Assembly (NCBI RefSeq): GCF_006345805.1
Contig: NC_043000.1
Coordinates: forward strand, 42,842,001 to 42,906,000
Length of the DNA stretch: 64,000 nucleotides
Source of the DNA: Octopus sinensis
Lineage: Eukaryota
Direction of reading: 5' to 3'
The translations under genes and the position numbers were made by a program. Positions 55,106 to 64,000 of this stretch are shown piece by piece. Position 1 is the first letter of the stretch; every line of letters starts with the position of its first letter. The notes beneath the pieces are model-generated. The model did not search any database, was not told the DNA's origin, and saw only the letters and a program-made list of their open reading frames with translations.

Positions 55106-55155
55106 TTTGTCAGTGAACAGGTCGCGGATTTTAGCGATGAAAATATTTTGACAAA
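55106..55155 (+). ncRNA. Second copy of the G3-C8 hammerhead motif
   Basis: UUUGUCA-GUGAACA-g-GUCGC ggauuuua GCGAU-GAAA AUAUU U-UGACAAA. Confidence 0.65.
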
Positions 55156-57129
55156 TTAAACTTAAATGTTGAAGTGAATCGAACGGCTTTTGTGTGTTTC
55201 TTAAATGGCTTATAAACACCTTCCACGCTGCAGTTGTATATATATATATATATATACAAACATGTATACATAATACAGACAGAAAGACAGAGAGATAGAT
55301 AGATAGATGTGATGATAGTCTAGTTGAATCATGATGAAACATCGTTAAACGCTTGTTATTTTTTTCCAATTCAATTGTATTCAATTGAAAGATTTATTCA
55401 GATCATTATATAATAGTTTCATCAAGCATCAAATTTCGTTTCATTAATTCTGACTGATGGATGTTTGAAATATATATTTAGATTCACACCAAAAATGAAA
55501 GATAATTTGAAATTTTTTGTTGCCTACTATAAATCCTCGACTTCTAGAGAACGACGTCTACAGAAAGACCAAAATATGTAGCAGGTGTATATTTAGTTAT
55601 TTCGAAGAGTTTTCCCTGAAGAGGTTTCATTAGGTTTTTAACTAAACGACTGTGATGTAAGTGATAAAGAGCTCTGTCGGGAATTTATGAATATTACAGT
55701 ATGTTTACACACCATATATAAGCGAAAACTTTGTAAGTTTAATGAATGCTAGCATCGGGATAAATAGCATAAATATACCGAAATAGACGCACACTTGCAC
55801 ACGCATGCGCAGATATACATTTATTTACATTATGGCAGGTCATAATATTGACCAAAATACAGTAACATGTAAATTAGTGTAGCCCTATTGCTTGGTCAGG
55901 CCATCGGTGACCACACTAGCAATTTCATCAAGATATCTTCTTGATTTCCAACATGCTACAGAATGAGAAACAAAGCATATGAAGGGCGTATAAGCTCAGA
56001 GGAATCAATGGTTATCAAATAATAGTTACATATGCACGTTAAGAGTAAATGTTTTGTGTGAGTGTGTGAACGTGTGATTAGTCGCTTGTTCGCATTTCAT
56101 TTTAATAGTTAACTCCCATCTTCACAGCTTTAAATTTAGCGGCAGCAAGCCAGTGGAGGCAACCTGTGCTGGATGTAAAATACTGCCATACTGGTCATGT
56201 TGGACTTAGAAGGCATGATGCAAAGTAAATATCTGAAATAATATCATATGGCCTGGACCCACTTTATGTTGGATTGTAGCATGAGGGATGGGGACAATTT
56301 CATCGATGTTGCAACCTCCTGCATTTTCATACAGGCCTCACTTTCTTGAATTTCTTTTGCCAATTGGCATATTGTGTGAGATCACAATAATTTATTTGAT
56401 ACACTAATATATACATACATATATACATACATAAATGTATTCATACACACACACAGACATATAGATATATACATACATGCATATAGATATATAATACATA
56501 CTTATACATATATACATAGATACACACATACATACATGCATACATATAGTGAGAATTTACAAAAAAAAAGCAAAAAGACAAAGACGGGTGTGTAAACAAC
56601 AAACAGATGTATTAGTTTAGAGAGTGAAAGGTAAGAGTTTGCTCAGAATACGAGCTTGTTCTGGAGCTCATTAAGTGTATTGCAAAGGAGTGTTACCGAC
56701 GATGACCTTGTTTATTTGAAGCACCAATCAGGATTTCCTTACATGGAGTTTGTGTGTAAGCGGTTGGAAAGCATATTGTCGGGTGGAAGAAGAAAAATTT
56801 GGAGGGGATTGCTTAAGGGTGTTTAGTGTGGTCAGCGAAGGTTTGAGGCTTTTTCCAAAGGGCTACTGCTTACAGAATCTTTTTTGTTTAATCGAGAACT
56901 CCAGCCAGTTCGGGTAAGTGGGTGAGAGTGACTATGTGTGGTAAGTTGGTCTTGTATGTAACGTACCTGAATAGCAACGTCACTAATTTGAGTAAACAAT
57001 TTGGCGGAATCCGGACATCGGGCGTTGTTCTTGTTGAATGGAGGATATGTGAGTGTATGTGTGAGTGTATACATACATGCATGCATACATGCATACATAC
57101 ATATATACATACATACATACATACATACA

Positions 57130-57161
<32 letters not shown>

Positions 57162-57443
57162 AGTAAATGTAAGGACAAGATATGTTAGGACAAACAAGTT
57201 AGACAAGTCGATCTACAAAAAATATTAAAAACTTTTAATGCAAAAAATATACATACATGTACATATAAAAAGTTTGACTTACACAGAATAGAAATGATAT
57301 CAGGAATTCCTGATATCATTTCTCTTCTGTGTAGGTCGAACTAACTTTTTTATATGTACACCTATGTACATTTTTTGTATTAAAAGTTTTAAATATTTTT
57401 TTTGTATATCGACTTGCCAAACTTGCTTGTCCTTACATTTACT
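57162..57443. other. ~280-bp loopless imperfect palindrome
   Basis: Centre gatatcaggaa|ttcctgatatc at 57306/57307; ends agtaaatgtaaggacaag / cttgtccttacatttact. Confidence 0.85.
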
Positions 57444-57559
57444 CCTCTACCTGTTCAAGTTAAAATCTCTTGAGCACTACGAAGTGTATTCTATACAGAG
57501 ATTACCTATCACTAATCCATAAACTGCACACACATACATGTATATATATAAACATATGT

Positions 57560-57594
<35 letters not shown>

Positions 57595-57620
57595 CATATA
57601 TATTTATATATGAGGCTTGT

Positions 57621-57885
57621 TCATTCTTTTTCAAATAATATACTCTCAATTTGTGCACAATGTGTCAAGTACCAGTCACAAAAGGGCGCATACTTATGAA
57701 GTTCGGGATGCAAAGCGAAGATAGTGTCTGTTAACCGTGACAATGAGAGACCCATAATGGACTGCAAACGTTCTCTCATTTCTTCGAGATATAAAAGAGT
57801 TTCAGATAGGATTTCAACCATTCTTTCTCCAGCTTTCTTAAATATCTTTTCAATGAAGCCATAGAAAATGCTGGTCTTCTGAATT
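57621..57885 (-). CDS. Candidate coding exon of an unidentified host gene
   Basis: Branch-like CTGAC (57904-57908), TTTTGTAG acceptor, then 88 open codons IQKTSIFYGFIEKIFKKAGERMVEIL..FEKE* of ordinary complexity; possible internal donor AA|GTATGC. Confidence 0.4.
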
Positions 57886-58766
57886 CTACAAAACTTTTAA
57901 TACGTCAGAGAAATATTACCTTTCACTCTCACATATAAACACATATACCCCTACACACATATTTATAAGTAAGTGTGAATGTTTGTATGCTTTTGTGTGC
58001 GTACGGTCGCACACATATGGTGTTGAAACGAAAGATAATGCGTGTTTGTGCCATATAGCAATGTTTTCGAACTTAAAGCTTCACTAGTCCTCAACTACAA
58101 ATGTCCATTTCCTCTTTGTGAATATTCGCCAAGGTTAGTATTATGGTATTTGAATTCTTAACTGGTGAAAGTGTCGAGTACTTAACTTTCATTAGTGTTA
58201 ATATTTTGAAGACAGGAAGAAAAGAAATTCGTAGAAAATCCACTCTTTCTGCAACAAATAAAGAAGCAAATAAAAAATAAATTTCCCCACAGAACAGAAG
58301 AGGTAATATATCACTATTCTGGCTTGAAATTGAATTCTCAACACCTCGTGTCAAGATGACTTTCTTCATGCATCTTAAGAACCTTATGCAGTTACAAACT
58401 CAAAAGCATGCAGTTCCCCTAATCACAAAATCCGCACGTAGCCGTTTGGAGGCCACTGCTCATTAAACTTAAACTTGTAATTTTAAGTATTTATCTGAGT
58501 AAGTTTATTTGTGTGGGCTGACGAATATATATGTATTTTATGAAGAAAACATAACTGGTTAAATAATCAAGTAGTAATCAGGGGATCTCTGCTTCAATCC
58601 AGTTGATGAATAATTTTTACCTTAAATTCGGGTCTATACATTTTCCCGAAGATGAGTTCCTTCTTATGCATAGCGCACCTATACACATACACACACAGAC
58701 TGGTCTCATAAGTGTCATTACACACACACACACTTTCTCTCTCTCAATTCATGTGTATGTAAGTAT

Positions 58767-58835
<69 letters not shown>

Positions 58836-59240
58836 GAGAGAGAAGAGAGAATAATGATTCTTACAAGATCAGTCTGCCCTTGATGAAGAAAATATATTTA
58901 ACCTTATTTCTTGTAAACTGAATTCTTACGACCTTGTAGTATCAATACCAAGCATAAAAACATGCATATGTACAAATCCATGCACATACACACATACACA
59001 CACACGTACGCACACACACACACAAACACACAAAACACACAAAAAATCTCACAGATTTTTGGGGGTGGTTTTCTAAGTGGGAACTCCGCTAATTATGCAC
59101 TTGTGTATATGTATGCACACACGTATGTGTGTACACCTGTATGTTTGTTTTATGTCTCGTTCGGTATGTCTCCACTGTCATTGAAGATTCATACTGTTGT
59201 TGAATACTCGAATTGAAGTGTAGATAGAGAGCCGACAATT

Positions 59241-59272
<32 letters not shown>

Positions 59273-59274
59273 CA

Positions 59275-59445
59275 CGATGGGTTTCTTTCAGTTTTCCTTT
59301 ACCAAATTCATTCGCAATGGTTTGATCGGCCTGTGGTTATTGTACAAGATACTTGCCCAAAGTCCCAAAGTGCCACGCCGTGGGACTGGACTAGAAACAA
59401 TGTGGATGGGAACCAAATGTCTTTGCACATAGCCATGCCTGCGAC
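59275..59445 (-). mobile_element. Diverged 5' part of the major SINE family
   Basis: Reverse complement resembles gcaggcatggctatgtg..agtcccacggcgtggcactttgggac..ggaaaactgaaagaa. Confidence 0.65.
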
Positions 59446-60107
59446 TATCTGTATATTATACATAAATAAGTTTATATATATATATATATTTCAACTCCAT
59501 TCTCAAACAAAATAACAGAGATTCCTATCCGTGCGTCTATAACTCTTCTTAAATTGTTGGAATGTCCAACTGATCGAAGCCAAATATTTAGTAGATCATC
59601 CAAAACACATGTAACTGCAAACATTGTTAATAGAATTTTATGTCCGTTGCAAGGAAGACGCATGCAAAATAATTGATATACTGCGCGCAGAACCTTCACT
59701 TTCACATATAAGATTATCCTGAAATTCATTTAGAAATCCATTTGCTCAGCAAGAACTCTATTTTAATAACCTGAATAGAAAAAAACATCAACATGTTTTC
59801 CATGCACATAGGAATTTAAAACATTCTAACATTCAGCTATAACACATTTTGAAAATTATTTTACACGCCAAACAATACCATATAAAAAAAAACGTGACAA
59901 CTTAGTACTTTAGGATCTTACGGAATTTCTTTTCTAAACAAAAATTCCCTCCACAAGTGTTTTGCATTATATTTCTCTAACCATGAGACGTATTCAACTG
60001 AAGCAAAACTTGAAATCAACATTCTACGCTGCATACCGTATTGTATCCGTTTCATCATCGTACATGTTTGATGTTTACTTCACTTAACAACCCAAATTTT
60101 GATATAA

Positions 60108-60535
60108 ATATTGGCATCAAATTTTGGCACAAGGCCAGTAAATCGATTACACCGACACTATGTACTCAATTGGTACTCATTTTATCGAACCCGAAAGGAT
60201 GAAGAGCAAAGTCGACCTCGGTGGAATTTTAACTCAGAACATAAAGATGGACAAAATGCTTCTAAGGCCGGCATGTTAACGGTTCTGCCAGCTCATGGCC
60301 AATATTTTTCTGGGTTTTTTTCCTATAATAAAAATATTGGCACAAGACCAGTAAGTTCGGGGAGGAGAGTGCCGATTACATCGTCCCCAGTGCTCAACTG
60401 TTACTTATTTTATCGACACCATAAAGATGAAAGTCAAAGCCGACCTCGACGGAATGTTAAATCCGAACGTAAATCCGAACGGAATGCCGATAAGTATTTT
60501 TGCTAGCATGCACACGATTCTGCCACTCGCCTCCA
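60108..60535 (-). mobile_element. Two tandem diverged copies of the 17926-family SINE
   Basis: ttggcacaag(g/a)ccagtaa..ttttatcga..aaagtcgacctcg repeated twice. Confidence 0.7.
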
Positions 60536-60592
60536 ATCATTATTGTTTTTTTATATATAGAAATATTGATATATATATATATATATATATAT

Positions 60593-60794
60593 AGTTAATC
60601 CAAACATGAAAACACAAAGAGCAAACACAACAACGCGAGGGCCTGGAACAAATGTAGTATTATTGGACGCTCAGGAAGGAAGGGGAGAAGGAGGGCTTAA
60701 CGTTTCGAGCGGAGCTCTTCGTCGGAAACATAGGAGAAGGAAAGATCCAGAGAAGGGAAGACAGAGGAAAAAATCGCCAACGGTACACACGCGG

Positions 60795-60795
<1 letters not shown>
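60593..60795 (-). mobile_element. 44765-family HHR mini-element
   Basis: GUUU-CCGACGA-a-GAGC ucc GCUC-GAAAC GUU-AAGC at 60695-60729; between (TA)n and (GATA)n. Confidence 0.8.
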
Positions 60796-60891
<96 letters not shown>

Positions 60892-61534
60892 GCGTGTGTA
60901 CGCGCGCTTGTGTGTGTGTGTGTGTGTGGTTCTCTCTTTCATATTTATTTAAGACATTAATAGATAGAAAATCGTTGAGAAGCCTCGATGTAGTCCGTCA
61001 CTATTTTCCCAAATAAAAACCATAATATTCCATTATAAATGCTATTTACTAATTTCCCTTCAACACCTGCACTGTTACCAGATGTCTCTTCTGTACATTA
61101 ACTGGTATTTGTAAGAGCCAATGAGTAGCATAAGAAAGGCATTCTATGGAAAGCGTTGTGTTATTACATTTCCTGCATTTAATTCATTAATTTAAATTTC
61201 TAAGTCGACGTTACCTTTTCAAATTTAGGATAGGAAAAAGTATGATGCTGACAAGAGCTGCCAGAATTTATGTATACCCCACCCCCTTTGGTTTATGCAT
61301 TTATAGCTTTCTGCTTTATTTGGAAATCAGGATTCCTTCATTCACTCCTCCTCGCCAAAAAGGCATTAGAATATTTGATTACCAGCTGGCTTAAAACGTC
61401 TTTGGAAGCAACATACAAAATCGTTAATGGTTGTCACTTGTCATGCACTCACCAAGGCCAACACTGCCTGGTATTTTTTTCAGCCATTTTCTTGGTTAAT
61501 ATAATGAACTAATATTCATCACTCTTTTGCTCTA

Positions 61535-61594
<60 letters not shown>

Positions 61595-63481
61595 GCCTTT
61601 GCATAGATTCTAACGCTGGAGGTGCACTACTGTGTCAGCTGTTCAATACCAGTGAACTAAAGTAACACCTCTTATTTTTCGAGAACCTTTCGGAGTATTC
61701 GAACAGCTCCAAGCGGTGCTGCTTTCTGCAAGTGCTCCACCCTTATTGCAGCCCCTATTTGTTCCACGTACTTCTCGAGATTTTTGCTCACTGTTTCCAA
61801 GGCTCCGACAATTATTGGTACTACTGCTACCTTTTTCATCTGTCACAACTGCTTCATTTCCCATGCTAACCTGTCATATCTATCGACTTTTCTTTCTTCC
61901 TAATCGCATAACTTGTTGTCAGCTGGGCATACTATATCTATGATCCAGTATAGTTTGTTCTCTTTCTCAATTAAGACTATAACCGGCTTCCTATTCTCTA
62001 TCTCATAGTCGCACTGAATCATAAAATCCCATAAGATTTTTGCATTTCTATTTTCGACGATGCCTTCACAATTGTGGTCGTACCAATTTTTTGCTCTGTC
62101 AAGTCTATACTTGTTGCAAAGTGTCCAATGGACAAGCCTGGCTATATTGTCACGGCTCTCTTATATTCCTTCTGGGCTAGTGGCGTACATTGGCTGGTAA
62201 TATGAAATACGGTTTCACTGCTTTGTCCACAGGTTCTGCACATATCACTTTCTGCTGTGCAGTCTATTCTGTATTTTATGTAGTTTGTTCTTAGTACTTG
62301 CTCTTGGGCAGCACAGATTAGAGCCTCCGTTTCCGGTTTTAAATCACTTTTAGTCATCCACATCTATCTTTTTTCTCTGTCTGTCTTATCTTCAACATCC
62401 CTATAAAATTGACCTTGCATTCTTTTCTTTACCCACCTATTTTCAGTTTCATTTGTTTTCAATTTCTTGTATAGTGCTTCATCTTTGCAATCTTTCATCC
62501 TACACAAGCATGACCTTCTTATTTCTAATAATAGCAGTTCGGTGGCATTTTTTACATACCATGCTATGTTGTTTTCTTCTGTTCTAATACTGTACTGGCA
62601 CTCAAGAAATCCCCCTTCCCCTTCTTTTTCTTGGTATATACAGTCTGTCTATGTCACTTTTTGGGTGGAGTGACCCATATCTAGTTAGCAACTTCCTTGT
62701 CTTTCTGTCTAAGTAGTTTAGTTCGTCTACTATCCATGCGATTACCCCTGCTCCATATCTAAGAAGTGAAACCACTCAGATGTTGATAGCTTCGATCTTA
62801 ACCCGTCCGTTTAATTTCGACTTAAGGATCAGTCTCAGTCTATTCCGCCTTAAATTTTTCTGTCATTTCTTTCTCCATCAATTTATCTATTTCCAAAATC
62901 CCCATGAACTTATAGCCCGTCTATTCTATCTATTTCATAACTTTCTCCGACGGTTTCGTTAGCCCGTTCATGCACTTGATTTTCCCTTTCTTCGTGACTA
63001 ATACACCACGCTTTCTCAGTCCGAACTCCATTCTGATATCAGCACTGAAGCTATACACCGTTACAATGAGGGAACTGGCTTGGGCTTCATCTTCGCCATA
63101 AAGTTTGAGGTCATCCATGAATAACAAATGGTTGACTTTTTGTTGGCGGCTTCTGAATATATACCCAGCTTTTGCTCAGAATCAGTGTTAGTGGTATCAA
63201 GCACAGTACAAAGATCAGTGGGGACAGGCGTTCTCCTTGGAAGATGTCCCTCCTAATTTCTACTGTCCCTAAACTTCTTCCATATGCTGTCAGGTCCGTC
63301 CTCCAATTCGCCATACTTTTTCCAAGCAATCGCTCAACATTCAATGCAATACTAAATAGGTTCATACACTCCATAATCCAAGAATGTGGGATCATATCAT
63401 ACGCCTAACGATAGTCGATTCATGACATGTCTAAGTTACTTTTCCTCCTCTTGTAGTCTCTAAGTACAGTTTTGGCTATCA

Positions 63482-63483
<2 letters not shown>
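61595..63483 (-). mobile_element. 5'-truncated R4/Dong-like RLE non-LTR retrotransposon inside a (TAA)n tract
   Basis: IDYR*AYDMIPHSWI, IFQGERLSPLIF, LLFMDDLKLY, ETEALICAAQEQ..CRTC..HITSQC, KILWDF..RKPVIV; (ATT)n at 61535-61594 and 63482-63620; many stops/frameshifts. Confidence 0.88.
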
Positions 63484-63570
<87 letters not shown>

Positions 63571-64000
63571 ATATTATTATTAATATTATTATTAATATTA
63601 TTATTATTATTATTATTATTCTACAATAAAAACATGTTAATCCTTCCCGCAGAAATATTGCCTTCAGATGTCAACATGTTCCCTTACCTTTAAAACATCA
63701 CGGAAATGCAAAATCATTGATCTTACACGACTTGTTCTGTCTCTTCCACAACCATATCTTGTCACTTTGCTTCGATAATACTATCAATTTCTATGGAGGA
63801 ATCCCATGAAAACTTATAAGTGTCATTCACCTTGACAGTCTCTAGATCATCGTTAAAGCATTTCTCTGAATCCGGAAAAAAAAAATTCAAGTCATTTGAA
63901 GTTTCGAATTCCATACAACATGACAATAATCGCACAAGTTTACCCAACTTAACCGAGCCGACGAAGAAACTGTTACGCCTTAGCTAAAATTGTTGTAAAT

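Larger units (their letters stand above)
54902..55237. mobile_element. Head-to-head palindromic HHR mini-element in (TA)n (~136-bp arms, 9-nt spacer)
   Basis: Arms 54958-55093/55103-55237 nearly perfect; left arm extended to 54902. Confidence 0.85.

Overview
AT-rich eukaryotic intergenic/intronic DNA, densely interrupted by (TA)n, (CA)n, (GATA)n and (TAA)n microsatellites. The tRNA-derived SINEs and repeat landscape look like an octopod cephalopod genome (inference). Most ORF-track entries are microsatellite artefacts. The centrepiece is a ~10.6 kb Penelope-like retroelement (PLE) at 22118-32757 (-). It has an RT + C-terminal GIY-YIG frame broken by one frameshift and one in-frame stop, very long pseudo-LTRs with internal tandem units, and a clean type I hammerhead ribozyme (HHR) in each pseudo-LTR. 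Around it are several short non-coding HHR-bearing elements, most inserted in (TA)n tracts: head-to-head palindromic elements, and a retrozyme-like 559-bp unit with terminal redundancy. Their catalytic cores co-vary at the 3-8 pair (C3-G8, G3-C8, U3-A8). The window also holds two more PLE relics, R4/Dong-like RLE LINEs (one inside (TAA)n), mariner and DD37E Tc1 relics, a Helitron-like 3' end, many SINEs, several long hairpins and a few weakly supported host exons. All coordinates and pairings were read by eye; no database search was run.
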